Of a stretch of 64,000 nucleotides of DNA, positions 11,248 to 25,600 are shown one piece after another (the first letter of the stretch is position 1; every line of letters starts with the position of its first letter). The DNA is from Bilabrum cf. latius (lineage: Eukaryota), in contig OZ237737.1 of NCBI GenBank assembly GCA_965178125.1, positions 124,001 through 188,000 on the forward strand, written 5' to 3'. The notes below the pieces were generated by a model. It was not told the DNA's origin. It did not search any database and worked only from the letters and a program-made list of their open reading frames with translations. The translations under genes and the position numbers were made by a program.

Positions 11248-12753
11248 TCAGAGCTCCTCTTTGCCCTTCTTCTCGCCGTTGCTTTTGCTCTTGGAGCCCT
11301 TGTTGACCTTGCGCTTCTTGACCTTGCGCTTCACCTTGCGCTTGCCCTTCCTGGCTCCCTTGGGCAGCTTGCGAGGCATTCCGCCAGCGGGCGCGTCCCC
11401 GGCAGCTCCCGCCGCCTTGCTGCCGTCGGCCTCGTCCTCGTCCACCGCAACCTGCGGCGTCTTGATGTCGGGCAGGGCGTCAAAGTCCTCGAGAGCAGCC
11501 TTGCCCTCCATCACGGACAGCACGAACCCGTGCATGTCCTCCACGGAAAAGGCGCCCCGGTGCACCGCGTACTTCTTCTTCTTGCCCGAGATGGCCACCA
11601 GAGTGGGGGTGCTCGAAGCCTCGAATGTCTCCAGGAAGGACGACTGCCCCCGCGCGGGCACCCACGCGAAGCTCAGAGGCAGCTGTGTCACCTGCGGGGA
11701 GCCCCTCATGAGCGCACTGGACTCGACCTTGTAGTACGGCTTGCTCTGCAGCAGCCGAACCGCCTGCAGCTGCTCCCGCTGCGACTGGGGCGATGCGCTG
11801 AGCACCGCCACGAAGCACACCCCGTTGCTGCACCTGTCCGAGAGGTGTCCCCTGGACTTGAGCAGGGCCAGGGGTTGCGGGGGCAGGGAGTCGTGCAGCC
11901 AGTCCCGCATGGTGTGGTACTTCTTCTCTCCCTCGAAGCTCTGCCAGCCCAGCGAGGAGAGGTCCACCTGCTTGGTCCCGTCGGGCATGACCTTGGGGCC
12001 CTCGCTCGACCGGGTGCTCACCAGCAGCGCGGGCACGTCCACCTCATCCATGATCGAGCCGAAGCGCTCCCTCACGGCTTCGTGCCGCGCGTTCACGATC
12101 CCGAAGGAGGCCCTGGAGGCAAAGTCGATGGACAGCTTGCGCGCGGGGAGCGAGGCGCTCGGCTTGTCCTGCACGAGCACGACCAGCCTCTGGCTCGACT
12201 GCGCGAAGTCGTCGAGCTTCCGGGTGGACAGAGACTCGTACGTGTGGGGGAAGAACTGCGCCGCCAGCGCGTACAGTTCTTTGGGGCCCTTGTAGAACAC
12301 GCCGCCCACTGCCTGGGCCGGCAGCTGCACGAGCGAGTTCTGAGACGGAGGGCCGTGCGGGGAGATAACCAGTCCTGGCACCGCCAGCTCGCCACTTGTC
12401 TCGTTTTGCATGCCAAACACGACGCCAACGGCCTTTGATTCCCCATCACCGTCCTCAATGATTTCGTTGTAGTACACCTGGTGCATCTTAAACAAACCTT
12501 GGGATCGCATTGACACCTTGGCGGCTACTTCGAGTACCTTGTCGCATACCTCGTTGCACTGCGCAGGCGGCGCCATAACCAGAACCATGTGCATTTCATC
12601 GGATGTCTTGACGAGCTTCTGCATCTCTTCGCCGCGCAGGAGTGGCACGAACTTTGCGATCTCTGAACCAGGCATCTTGGCGCGCACGGGAGAACCAATG
12701 ATCGCAACGGCAGCGGCAGCGGCAGCTGCCAGGCAAGAAATCGAGGATCTCAT
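11248..12753 (-). CDS. ER-luminal thioredoxin-fold/PDI-like protein without a canonical CxxC
   Basis: Signal peptide MRSSISCLAAAAAAAVAIIG. PDI-type b-domain patterns (CFVAVL, FAWV, PTLVAIS). C-terminal KEEL retention signal followed by TGA. Confidence 0.7.
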   Translation of the reverse strand: MRSSISCLAAAAAAAVAIIGSPVRAKMPGSEIAKFVPLLRGEEMQKLVKTSDEMHMVLVMAPPAQCNEVCDKVLEVAAKVSMRSQGLFKMHQVYYNEIIEDGDGESKAVGVVFGMQNETSGELAVPGLVISPHGPPSQNSLVQLPAQAVGGVFYKGPKELYALAAQFFPHTYESLSTRKLDDFAQSSQRLVVLVQDKPSASLPARKLSIDFASRASFGIVNARHEAVRERFGSIMDEVDVPALLVSTRSSEGPKVMPDGTKQVDLSSLGWQSFEGEKKYHTMRDWLHDSLPPQPLALLKSRGHLSDRCSNGVCFVAVLSASPQSQREQLQAVRLLQSKPYYKVESSALMRGSPQVTQLPLSFAWVPARGQSSFLETFEASSTPTLVAISGKKKKYAVHRGAFSVEDMHGFVLSVMEGKAALEDFDALPDIKTPQVAVDEDEADGSKAAGAAGDAPAGGMPRKLPKGARKGKRKVKRKVKKRKVNKGSKSKSNGEKKGKEEL

Positions 12754-12955
12754 ATGAAGGGATATGTATCTCGAGGACTGAATCTCCCAGGCGGTAAACA
12801 GCAAACTCGTGGGGCGCTGCGACACGTGGATCTGCGACGAGCGTGTGATGAGTGCTCGTCAACGTGGAGCAAGGTGGCGAGAAGGTGGCAAGGTGGTGGG
12901 GGTGGCATGCAGGGGCAGGAGCACGCAAGTATCTATATTCAGCGCATTCAAAATG

Positions 12956-15575
12956 TCACTTCGCCTCCTCCGGGGCATACCCAATGCCCCTGAAGGCCTC
13001 CTGGATCTCGTCCAAGATGGCTGGATCATCGATGGTGGCTGGCACCCGGTACTGCCTCCCGTCCGCGATGGCCCGCATCACGTTCCTTAGCACCTTGCCC
13101 GACCGTGTCTTGGGCAGCCTGGGCACCCGCACCACCTGTTTCGCCCGCAGAGACGCCACAGGACCCACTTCCTCCCGCACGATAGAGGCGATCTCGCCCG
13201 CCACATCGCCCCACCCAGCGCCCCCTTGCCCATCGCCATCACCCGCGCCGCTCTTCATGACCACCACTCCCAGAGGCACCTGCCCTTTGAGCTCGTCCGC
13301 CGCCCCCACCACCGCGCACTCCGCCACACCTGGATGGCTCGCGATGGCGGCCTCGATGGCCCCCGTGGACAGGCGGTGCCCCGCCACGTTGAGCACGTCA
13401 TCAAGTCGCGCCATCAGCGACAAGTACCCGTCAGCGTCCCTGGTGCCCGCATCGCCAACCGCAAAGTACCCCGGAAACGGGGCCAAATACGAGGCCTGGA
13501 ACCTGTCTTCATCGTCGTGCAGGCCCATGAGCGCCCCCGGCGGGAGGGGCAGCCGGATGGCCAGCGGGCCGAGCTCCCCGTCAGTGGCCTCTGACAGGAA
13601 GGGGGCCGGGTGCAGCCTGCTGTGGTGGGAGAGGGACAGGTCATCCAGCCCCCTGTGCCCCAGGGCTTGCTCCACGCCCTCCTCTGTGGGAGGCAGACCC
13701 GACTCCCTGACGTCACTGGAGTGCTCGCTGACGTCAGTCTCAAAGAAGGCCTCGTGCTGCGCGTGCTCCTCCCGAGCCTCGTCACCCGCCCCGTCGCTCT
13801 CCTGCCCCGGCTTCAACACGCGCACGTCCCATCCGGGCACGGGGAGCCCCGCGCTCCCCGGCTTCACGTCTGCGGCTCCGAGTCCTTCGCACGTGGCCAC
13901 GCACGGACTCCCGGTCTCGGTCATCCAGAACTGGTCCCGCACCATCCTGAGGGCCTCCTAGCTGGGCGCGGCCGTCTCGCTCCCGGGGTCGATCCCGCGC
14001 GCTCTCGCCAGCAGGCGTGCCAGCCACTGCACCGTGTCTGGGTCTGCCCTCTCCCCCGCAAGGAACATCGTCTCCAGGGGGAACCGCCCGCCAGCACCCT
14101 GCACCGCTTCCTCCCCCTCACCACCGTCCTGCCCCTGCCCCTGCCCCTGCCCCTGCCCCCGCCCCTGTGCCTGTGCCAGTGCGGCCTCCCTTGCGAGCAG
14201 TTCGCCCGTCGCGTCAACCTGCTTGATAGCACGGATGGCCGTCGGGGCGGTGAACATCCGGCGAACGTTCCTCTCCCGGATGACCCTCCAGAACTCCCCC
14301 GCGTCTGGCGTGCCCACGGGCTTACCCTCGAACATGACAGTGGTGAGGCCCTTCAGCAGCGGGCCATAGCAGATGTACGAAGCTCCCACAACCCACCCCA
14401 GGTCAGAAGCAGCCCACCAGGTGTCTCCCTTCTCCATCCCGAAGACGCCCTCTGTGCCCATGGTCCAGTGCAGGGCCGTCATGTAGCCCCCGGTGTCCCG
14501 CACCACGCCCTTGGGCCTCCCGGTGCTGCCCGAGGTGTATATGATGTAGGACGGGTGGTCTCCGCGGAGGGGCTGCGGCTTGGCCGCCCTGCCTTCCCTC
14601 TGCACGTGCCTCACGGCCTCGTCCCAATCGGAGCAGGGCACACCGTGAGGCATCGGCGACCCCTCGTCCCACGGGTGCTGCTGCCGCTGCAGCACCATGA
14701 CTCCGCCCCGGGGCCGGTGCTCCGCTTGTTCGAGGGCCCCGTGCAGCAGGGGCTGGTAGGGAACAATCCTCTCTCCCTCGATCCCGCAGGACGCCGCCAG
14801 GATGATGCTCGGTTTCGCGTCGTCGATCCTGGTCGCGACCTCGTGGGAGGCGAACCCACCGAACACGACCGAGTGCACGGCCCCGATGCGGACGCAGGCC
14901 AGCATCGCAATCAGAGTTTCGGGCACCATAGGCATGTAAATGATCACGCGGTCGCCCCTGCCGACCCCCTTGTCGTGGAGGGCAGAGGCCAGCTGGGAGA
15001 CCTTTGTCTGCAGCTGAGAGTACGTGATCGTGCGGGAGGTTTTTGTCACAGGAGACTCCCACGCGATTGCCTGCGGCATTCAGCGGGGGTAATAAAATGA
15101 ATGGGAGGAAATGCGCGCATCGACTTGGGACATTCGGTAGCCACGTGCAGCGGCCGCGGGCAGCTGACCCCAACCGGACTGCCAGAGCCGGATGGCGTGC
15201 TCATGCTGAGTCCCCGGTACGAACCATGGACAGCTCAGTACTCACCGGCTGGTCACCTAGACCATCCTCTACGTGCCTATCAATGCAAGCATAGGACAGA
15301 TTTGTTCTGCCATCGGCAAACCACTTCCCGTGCTACGCTACGTCCATGTCCAATATTTTCGACGGCTCGTGAAACCAAGGTAGTTCTCGAGCCGCCTTCG
15401 CCCAGAATCGCACGGGATTCTCCATTGATTGGTGGAATGAGTCGGCATACTCGCTGGGTCTGGTGGAGAATCGCACTGCAGGCTGCTAGAATGCACTGGC
15501 AGCACGATGCACGTGAAACCTGCGTCCACCATATTGCGGACGTGCAGACTGCAACAGCCTGCGAATCCTATTCAT
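12956..15575 (-). CDS. ACSS3: propionyl-CoA synthetase / acyl-CoA synthetase short-chain family 3, mitochondrial; one intron ~15071-15245
   Basis: YIIYTSGSTGRPKG, FWMTETG, DDVLNVAGHRLS and LPKTRSGK motifs. The N-terminal exon 'FWAKAA...WFADGRTNLSYACIDRHV' is visible only with TAG read-through. Three TAGs, TGA stop. Confidence 0.88.
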
Positions 15576-16631
15576 TCTGCTCTACTGTACAATATTCGAA
15601 GCCGCCTGTACCAATGCAGTGCAAATCGAATCGATGAAGTGTGGAGTTGCCTTTCGCGCCGGATCGATCACCACCCAGTCAAAATCATCAGGATCGACTC
15701 GGAGGGGCTGTTGCCTCTGTTTACCGAGTACAAAGTAGGCCATGTAAAATGTGCAGCTGTGACTATTGTTGGTAAAGTCAATCGTACAACTGATCTGATT
15801 GCTATTGATATTCCTGCGGTCCGAAGAATGGGAGTATTTCACGACACAGTATCATTTCTTGCCCACTATTGCCTCGCATAGCAATATGTGGATACCGTGC
15901 TTAGATTAAAATGTACACATGTGGTAGTAGACATACTCTCTGACTGAGTCAATCGCTTCAATTTGCGCACGAGCTTATCTACGAGCTGCTTTGCCTGGTC
16001 TTCTCCACGGAAGGATTCCTCAGGCTGAAAGATTTGATTCTACGTACCAAAGCAAATAAAGGTTCAAATTAGGCACGCGACCACCAGCACAAATCACATA
16101 CCAGATGCGCGGTTGCGCTGCTGCAGGAGGGCACATTTTGCCTGAATAGCAATAAAGGGGCGTGCAGCAGCAGGACTCGGGGAAGATACCCCTAGTAGCA
16201 CCACACGTTATTCCTTTCAGCGATTCGGCAGTATTCTGCTCCACGCAGCCTCGCATCGCCGCTCTGTGCGAAAATTCATCCACGCAGAGCAGGTACCCAG
16301 GCTCCTAGAGAGCCTGCATGTCGAGTGCCAGGCACCGACACCACTGGCATCAGCGCCAGCGGGTCCGGTGCATACCCTTTCGATTGGAGCTTCGGCTCGC
16401 TTGTTCCTCCCCAGCGATCCTCTTGCTCCGTCCAATGCCGCTCATAGTGTGCTCGCTCCTGCTCCTCACACGCAGCTTAGCCCCCATCCCATGGCTGCCA
16501 GTCTGAGCAGCAGCGCAAGCGCAACACCATTGTAGCAAAATAGCAAAATAGCAAGTTCCATTTCTTGTAGGCCTGGCGGCCTTCTAATTGATGACACCGT
16601 AGTGTACAGTCCTCGCGTGTTCCGTGACCAC

Positions 16632-19600
16632 TTACAGCTGCGGCTGCTGGTCAGGGGCAGACTCCAGCGCATGGGCGAGGGGATTCATAGAATGCTGCTG
16701 GGCAGAGGGCTCAGCGGAAGCACCACAGTCCGAGGCATCTGCCTGGCCAGGGGAGACACTGGCTGCCACCGCAGCGTCCTCATTCACTGCTTGCGGCTCC
16801 TCTTGTTCGTTATCCGGCTGCATTTCGCGCCCGACGGACTGGCCCTCGCCCTTGTCCTCGTCCTTGTCCTTGCCTTCCTGGCCTTCCTCACCAGTAGATC
16901 TAGCCAGCATCATCGGGTTGGAAATAACGTCCTCGACCACGGATTTGCTCTCTGCAGCGCGCGCGTCCGGGCGAGCTGAAGAGCCCCCTCCGCTACCGAG
17001 TGACCTGCCAGTGGACAGCGATGACAGACCCATGCTGCCCTTTCGAACAGTCTCCCCGGCCTTGCGGCCACCCAGGAGAGAGCGCATGGAACGGCGGGAA
17101 GCCAGCCCCGCGGCGAGCCCCTGCACCGTGGCACCACTCCTGGGAGCTTGCTGGCTGAACTTGAGCTTGAAAGAGCTCGTCGTGGCCGGTCCAGGGCTGC
17201 TGGTGGGCGTCCCAGCGGCAGCAGTGCCAGCCGCGCCTCGGCGCCGTCGGCCTGTTGCACCCAGCCGCACTGCATTGGATCCAGTGGCGGCGGATCCTGC
17301 CGCTTTAGCCATCTCCACCTGCTGCTCCCTCAGTCTCTCCTTGAGGTGTCCCACGGAGCTGTGCAGGCTGCGCATCCACAGGCGGACGGCAGGCCACGAC
17401 TGCTGAGAAGGAGGGTGGTCCATATCCAGCATCTTGTCCACGGTTGTGCTGCCAGCCACTCCCAATGCGCCGCTACCTGCTGTGTCAGAGCCAGCGCGCT
17501 GCATGGCTTGCATCATCAGCGGGTTGCTGGCCATCTCAAGATCATCCTCGCCGTCTGCGTGCAGCATCTCGGCGCCCTTCTTGCCGCCCTTACCGCTCTT
17601 GGCGACGTCGTGGGCCTTGGCCCGCTCAGCGATGGACTTGCAGCACCCGCACGACTGCAGCGTAGCAGCAGCATGCTCAGGAGCAACGCCAAAGTATATA
17701 TCCAGAGCCAGCACGATCAGGGCGTACATCACGATGACCACGAGGATGAAGACCGTGGTCCACGTGATGGCGTCGTACTCGCTCTGATAGTAGTCGATCT
17801 GGTCGGGGTCGAATCGGCTCGAGGCCAGCATGACGGCGGCGAGGCATACGAGGATACCGCAGCCCAGCAGGAAGGCCTCGACCTGGTTGTAGTCCAGCAA
17901 GTACTTGACGATCTGCTCGCCGACCGTGTGCGAAGACTTGCGAGAGTCGAGGAGTGCGTCCACCTTGTGCGTCCTCTTGTAGTTCTTCTCCAGCATAGCC
18001 TGGATCTCGGACTCGATCCGGGCATGCTCGATGCTGGACAGCACTTTGACACGATGCTCGGCGATCACGCGTGAGTGGTCGCCACGAGACATGAAGGGCT
18101 CGTGGCGGATCTGCAGCACGAAGGCAGCGAACAGGGCCAGCATCAGCACGCTCATCTGGTACGTCGGGGAGACACGGAAGACGAGCGAAATCGCCGCGAT
18201 AGCAAACTTCCGCATGATGACAACGATCATCCATCCGTTGCTCCCGGGCTTGAACGGGTAGTAGAGCTGGTGCCATGCCTTGCGGAAGTGGTACAGCTTG
18301 CTCTTGTTGTCGTTGCCTGTACCTGCCGCACGCAGGATCTGGTCGTGCTTGATTGAGTTCTTGTTCGAACGGACGAACCAGAACATTGCCAGGGGCAGCA
18401 CAATGCTGTAGCTCAGGAAAGCAGCTAAACCGAAGGGGAACAGCATCAGCTGCTTGGAGCCTGGCTGCCAGCACGGGTAATCGAGCAGACCGTCCATGTA
18501 CGTCACTCCCTGTGGGTCCGGAGGAGTCGTCTGCAGGCAGCTCACGGTGCTGAGAGCAGCCTGGGTCACAAACAGGTAGCACACGCGCGACAGGATGATG
18601 AGCGAGCTGATCAGCTGCGGCGCATGGGCGTGCAGGTGCTCCTTGCCCTTGCTGGTGCAACACAGCTTATACAAGAGTCGAGCTATGTACACGACAAAGA
18701 ATAGGACAACAACGAGAACCGGTAGAAGCACAGTGGCTGCGAACTTCTGCTCGTAGGTCACATCGGGCTGGATGCACTCCGGGGCCGCGAGCTCGACGTT
18801 CAGGTTGAAGGCGGACAGGATCTGGAAGAAGCGCTCCAGGACCGGGGGCCAGCGGATGCGTGCGTTGGAGAACAGAGCCAACACCTGGAAGGTGTCAGCG
18901 CAGATCATGATCAGCACGTTCTTGATGCCCTTCCTGTTGAGGATGAAGCCAGCGGTCCCTGCCATCATGGCAGCGATTCCCATTCCCACGAAGATAAGCC
19001 ACGGCCTGTCAGGGCACTTCCTGCACTCACCACCGATCCGGTAATGCGTGCCCTTGACGCACTGCGAGCACCTTTCCGCAGTGTATCCCTCGGCGCAGGT
19101 GTTGTTCCCGACACAGGCCCACGTAGGCTCGCACGGTGCCGTGTACATGCACTGCTGCTCCCTGAGCACCGACAGCTCGTGGAACTCGTTCCTGCTCTGG
19201 TGGCAGTACCTGGTGTCCTTGTCGTCGCCACTCGTGACGTTGTAATCCAGTCTCCAGAATCCTTCGCCGCTCGTGACCAGATCCTCGTACGACTCGCCGC
19301 CGGGGCACACAGCACCGATGCGCTCCTCCTCGCAGTTCACGCAGAACTCGCCCACAAGCCCGTAAAGGTCTTTCTCGCACTGGAAGAAGACCAGCTCCTC
19401 GTACTCGTAGATGATGTAGGGCTCTGTGCGGTTTGCAGCCAGAATGGTCATGTTCTTCAGACCCACGCGGTCGCGCTGGGCCTCGCACTGCAGTAGCCCG
19501 TCGTTCAGCCACTGCGGTTCAATGCACTCCAGACCACCGATGACAATCTCCACAAGTGTCGGCTCGCCGCCGAAGTTCTTACCACGGATACGCACCTCGT

Positions 19601-22600
19601 CTCCGTCAGCGTTGGGCTCAGAGCTCTGCACGGCCATGACGATTGGGGGATCATATGCGAAGGTAGGAGGCTCCGGTGCCTCCTCAACCACGACCATGCG
19701 GGAGCCCGTATCCTCAGTCCTGTCGGGCACGTACTCGACGCGGTCATCCAAAGAGGACCTGCCGTTCACAGAGACGGTCACAGGGAGGTTGTCACCGTAA
19801 CCAGCTGGGGCACGGCACACGATCCTGAAGTGGGAATGCGAGCCTACCCTACCCGGGATCTCGTTGTCGGCAGCGAGCGGACAGTCCCACTCGCCGACGC
19901 GCACACTTACGTCACCGGCGGCGCCGAACGACTCGCCGACCAGCTCTAGGTAGAACTGGCCGATCGTGTCGTAGCACTCGGCGGGCACCTTGCGGCAGTG
20001 CCTCGTGTACGTCCCAGTGGCAGCGTCATACGTGTTAAAGCAGCGATCCACGTCCTCGCAGTCCTCCGGGTCTCGCTCGAAGTTCTTGACCCCGTGTACA
20101 CGAGGCGGGTCGAAGACCATGCTGACCCTCGGGTCGGCCTCCTCGGGCGAGTTGGCGGATGACTGCCCGCCGACCCACACCACGATGACCATGTCGTTCG
20201 ACATGTAGCTACCGCGCGGGATGGGGAAGCGCATGTGCGTGTGGTTCTGCGAGACCATGTCAGACGGTCCAACCAAGAGCGAGTCCTCGGACAGCGGGAA
20301 GCCTGGCGAGGCACCGATCGCTCGAGTGAAGCTGTCGTACTCCTGCATTCTGCGAGAGGACACGGGCTGCGTTACTTGCTGCTACTGCCCTTGACGAGGC
20401 ACAAAGAACTCAATCCAGGCGCTTCCATCGAGCCCAAAGTCAAGACCTTGGATCGTGGCATACACCTCATCTCCACTCGCGCTGTGCGAGGCGGGATCCT
20501 GCAGACGAGCCTCCTCCGAGTCGATCAGCCACGAGTACATCTCCCACATGGCATATGGATTTGATTCGATTTCGTCCGCCGAGGGCAACTAGATCCGCCT
20601 GCCGCCCGTGGGAGCCGAACGAGGCCACAGAGACTGCACCACGGGTCGGTTGTAGGCGTACCTCACGATGGGAGAGGATTCATCTGACTGCATGGAAGAA
20701 TCAATCAGCGCGCCGGCGGGTGCCTCATCCGAGATGTCGCTGGACTATCCTGCCAGCTCGACGTGCACCGGCAGGTCTCTGCCCTGTCCTGCCGGCGTGC
20801 GGCACAGCAGCGACGAGTGCTGGGCATTGGCGGTCCACGGGTCCCTCACAGGATCGATCAAGCAAGGGCGGCCCCCAATTGACACTGACAAGCTGGACTC
20901 GGCAGGCCCGCGAGGTCCGAAATTGCGGCCTGCGATACGCACCAGTGCGCCACCCGCGGTGGGCGAGGGCCCGCGTGCATCACTGGACAGGTAGCCCTCG
21001 GGCTGCCACGACGTCACAATTGGCTGTCCAAACCGCAAGCCGAAACGAGAAACAGCGAACTGATCTGAGACTGCGATGGAAAAGACTCGCACCGCACCGG
21101 CGCCTGCACCAACAACGGCCTCGATCGCATTGTGTGTGTGCAAGTGACCCATGCTGGCGTTGTGGACCACTTCCACCTCGGGCAACGCCACCAGCGGGGT
21201 GGCAAGCGCTGGCGTCCCAAAATTGAAGCCTTCGATCCGAATGCGGCAGCCGCTCGTAGGCATACCGCGGCGGGGCCTGGGCAGCGCTGGCGGCGTGCCT
21301 GTGGAGCCATCCGCCTCGAAGTCGAGCCACGCCTGCTAGTACGCCTCCGAGTCGAAGAAGCGGTCGGGGGCAAGGAGGTCGCTGCCGGCGGGCAGGCCAG
21401 GGTAGTCCTCCAGAGTGATCACGCGAGCCACCTGCGGCTTGCCGTAGGACACAGTGAGCCCGCTGTCTTCTCGGCTTGTAGCCCCAGTCACTGCGATCAG
21501 CACGACGTTACCAGCTCCAGTTCCCTCCGGCATGAGGCAGCTGAGGGTTGAGTACGTGGTGGTCTGGGTGTTGTCAGGGCAGCACGATCTACTGGAGCAC
21601 GTGCGACCGTCAGTGGGCTCCTAGCAGGGGTTCACTGCAACATTGGAGCACATACGTCCGCCGATGGTGACGTTGAGCTGGTCAAGAGGTACGCGGTTCA
21701 GGTCTGCCACGCCGAAGATCTCAAACACCATGCGGTTACCGGTGGCAGGATCAACGGCATCGGTAGGCACGTTCTCGTAGTCATTGGGCTGGTTCCTGCC
21801 ATCGAAGGAAGGGATGGGCTCGGCAAAGGTGGCCTCCTCCGATACCTGCCCCCCCACGATCACCTACACCGTGTGATCTTGCGCTGGCGGCTCAGCCGGG
21901 TCTTTGCGATACAGCAGCACGATCTCGTTGTGGTGCCAATTCCACGTATCAACGGGGAGCCCATCGATCCGCACGGACCCGCAGCCGTCCTTTCCGTTGC
22001 AGAAGTTCTCACCCTCGATGATCACACGCAGCGAAGTCTGCGCCTCGAGGCTCTCGGGGTCGATGCCGAAGTCGGTCAGGATGCGATCGGGGGCGATGTT
22101 CTTGATCTCGGGCTTGCCGAAGTCAAACAGAGCCACGTTGGACAGCGCGTTGCCAGCACCGATGGTCAAGAAGAGCTCTCGGTCCGTGCCATACCCCTCG
22201 GGTAGCGTAAACTCCACCTGATGCAGCCCACGATGCTGCACGATGCGCTCGGAGGAGACAATCGGCCTCGACAGTCCTGCCACCCACTCTTCCAACCTTC
22301 TATTCTGTGCTCCTTGCTCTTGATCAGAGGCGCTGATGTCCGTATCGTCCAATTCCGGTAGACCAAGTAGCATGATGCCTGCTTCTTCCCTGGCACCGCC
22401 GCGCCCACCCAGGCCGCTCGGTGTCAAGTGGACCCGCATGTCACTGGGAATGCCGTCAAGGTGCTAATCACCTGGCTGCAGCACCTCGATGGATCGAGCT
22501 TCCACGTTGTCCATTGTCCCGTCGACGTTGAAGCGCACATTGATGGCCGCTGCGTCCCATGCCAGACCAAGGTTTGTGCCAGTGACTAGCACCAGCTATT

Positions 22601-25600
22601 CGCCGTTCGTCCTGCCAGAGATCGGGTTCACGCCCAGAACTCGGGGCGGGGCATACCGGGTCACAGCGATGGACGGCTAGCTGGCCTATCCACCCACATG
22701 CACAATCCATTTCATGGCCTATCCCGGAGGACCTGGCACAGTGAGGCACCGCAGTGTGAAGTGGTCCTCGTAGATAGAGCAGTTCAGCGCGGTGAAGCCG
22801 GTGCCTGCAGGCCCGTACGTCACCTCCTCCAAGTGCTCTGCAACGGAGAAGTTCATACCATGAATCAAGACCCAGTCGCCACCATCTGTGCTCAGTTCAT
22901 TGACGGGCAAGCTGCCCGACTCGCTCTCGAAGCTGGAGATGTGCGGCGGCGAGTAGGACGTTGTGGGGCTCACGCTTTGCAGTCTATCAACAGTCATGCG
23001 CCACCTGAGGCCTTCACCGGCGCCCACGGCGGTCAGGCATCGAACCACTTCGTGCGCCTGGAGCACAAAGCAGTTGGATGCATGGAACTGAACGCCGAGC
23101 TCTTCGCTGCCATAGACGGCGCGATCCACTGGCGTGCTGATGGGACCGAAGTTCCTGCCTTCGATGTCCACAACCTAAGAGCCGTTCGTGTATGCGAGAC
23201 GAGAGCCTGGCCCATCGTACAGCGAAATAACCGGCGGGTGGTAGCTGGACATTGCCGTCTCCTGGGGGCCAGATGTCTGGCCACCGACCGATGCAGCCCA
23301 CACCAGCTGATCTCCGCTGCCCTCGGCTACCTTGCACTCGATCTGAATATGTGCCACAACCACACGGCATTTTACTGCTGTAAAGTACGGCCAAGTACGG
23401 CCATGTGTGTCGTTCAGACGCCCGTATGCCGCCGTTGGTACAACAGCAGCGTTATTGACCTGAACACCATCGGAAGAGGTCGGTGTGACTGGTCCGAAGA
23501 AATCACCGTTCAGCAGGATTGGCACGTCTCCGACCGTGGGTGCGTTCACGGCGCCTGGCCCGCTCACGCTCTTGAGCACAGGTGCGCTGTACCTCGTGGT
23601 ATCAGCACTGGCAGCACTGGCCAAACCAGCCACAGCGACTCGCCATCTGTGGCCCATGCCAGTACCAGCAGAAGGCTCGCACACCATCACGCGGTGAGCA
23701 CGATCATCTGGCACCCTGCACACCAGGGCCTGGTAGACGAAGCCATCGTTGCCCTCGATTGCAGCCCGCTAGTCGGCGATCAGCTCCAGTGAGTCGGGGG
23801 CAGCACCAGCAGCGTCCACTCCGGCAGCATCGCCAGCGACGTAACTCGCCGAGTAGTAGGCTAGGACGTACTGAGGGCCCAGCCCAGCAGGGCCCATGTT
23901 TGCGCCCTCGATGGTGATGAGGCCAGCATCAGAGCCACCACGCGTGTCGAGAGGTTGGACCCCCATTGCAGGCGCAGACTCGTTGAGCAGCGGCATGCGA
24001 ACTGCCGTGATGGACGGACGCATGTACCTCAGAGTCGTGTTGGAGAACTCAGCGGAGCGTTGTTGACCCACATCCACGGTCAGCACGAAGCTGTGACCCG
24101 CACCTGGCACCACATTGCACCTGATCTCAGTGTGAGCCACCGATACCTGGCATCCGGTTGTCTCGAGGTTGAGGGTAGCAGCACCATCGGCGCGAGCCAT
24201 CACGGAGCTCTGCGCGCCGTACCGCAGGCGATGTGCAGGCATAGCATCACGAGCGGCCTAGGGCAGGTCACTGCCAATGGGACCAAGGTCCTTGCCGGTA
24301 AGCACAATGGCGTAGTCGCCGGAAGTGCCGACAGAGCCACCCTCAGTCGGCAGAACTCCATCGTTAGAACCGTCGGCTGGCCCAAAGCTGGACGTCACCG
24401 CGGTGATGGCAGGCGGAAAGTATCCAGACATGCGCAATCTCTGCAATGGCAGCAGCGCGCCAGTCTCAGGGTTCCTGTCAGCGATGGCAGCATCCGCACT
24501 ACCGGCCAGCACACGAGATGACACGTTCTGAAGCGAGTTCGCCACCTGATCTCCGTTCACTGTCACGATCCAGAAGTGGTCCCGGCCATATCCCTCGGGT
24601 ATCGCGCACTGGATCCTCGTGTTGGCTTCCACGACCAGGCAGCCAGTCGCGGCGAATTCAGTGCCGCTGGGTCCGAAGGTTGCAGACACAGTTGTGGGGT
24701 TAGCTCCGCCAGCACTGGACCCTCCCTCTGCTGCAAGCCGGCGCGCCGTTTTGCCAAAAGAAGCTCCCCAGATCTCCACCACGCCCCCACCTCGCGTGGT
24801 AAAGAGCGAGTCGAGCTCTCCGTGAGTCTAACCGTACATGGCGCGGCCCTCGCTGCCCGCAGCCGAGACGCCCACCTCAGCACCGAGACCGCTTCTCTAA
24901 GAAGATTCGGTGACGTGGATCGAGGTGATGGCGACGTCGTTGTCGTTGAGAACCTCCACCCTGACAGTTGTGTTTACTATGATCGGAGGCGCCTCCAGGT
25001 CAGAGTCCTGCACCACGACCACCACGTCAAAACCCGCCTGGTCCTCCCAGTCCAGGCGAGCCCCTGAGGCAAGCCTGAGGTTGCCGCTGTCGTCAATGGC
25101 GAAGAACGAAGAAGATGGGGCGTTCGGGTCGAGCGAGAATTGCATGCGACCCCATGCACCGCTGTCCTCGTCAGTTGCCACGACTCTGCCAACAATGACT
25201 CCCTCTGCCGTGAGTTCACGTACCTGAAGAGGCTCCCCTGCGGCCAAGGCTGTCCCGTCGGGACGCTCGATCCTCCGGAACACGCTCGGCTCGTTCTTGT
25301 CCTCCACGATCAGGCGTACCGTTGCAACATCCGTGTTGTCCGCAGAGTCGGTCGCAACCAGCTGTAGCACGTACTCGGCCTGAGCCTCGTGGTCAAGGGC
25401 CATGCGCAGCTGCACTTGCTCCGGATTCACGTCCGTTGGACTGAACGACAGCATGGACTGGGCCTACGATGCGGTGCTTCCGCCCCACGAGTAGCTCAGT
25501 CCCTCGCCAAACTGGTCAGCAGCATCCTCATCTGCAGCTCGGAGGGCCCCGTGCAGCGATCCTCGCACAGTGGTGCCCTGGACTTCGCCCTCAATCACCC

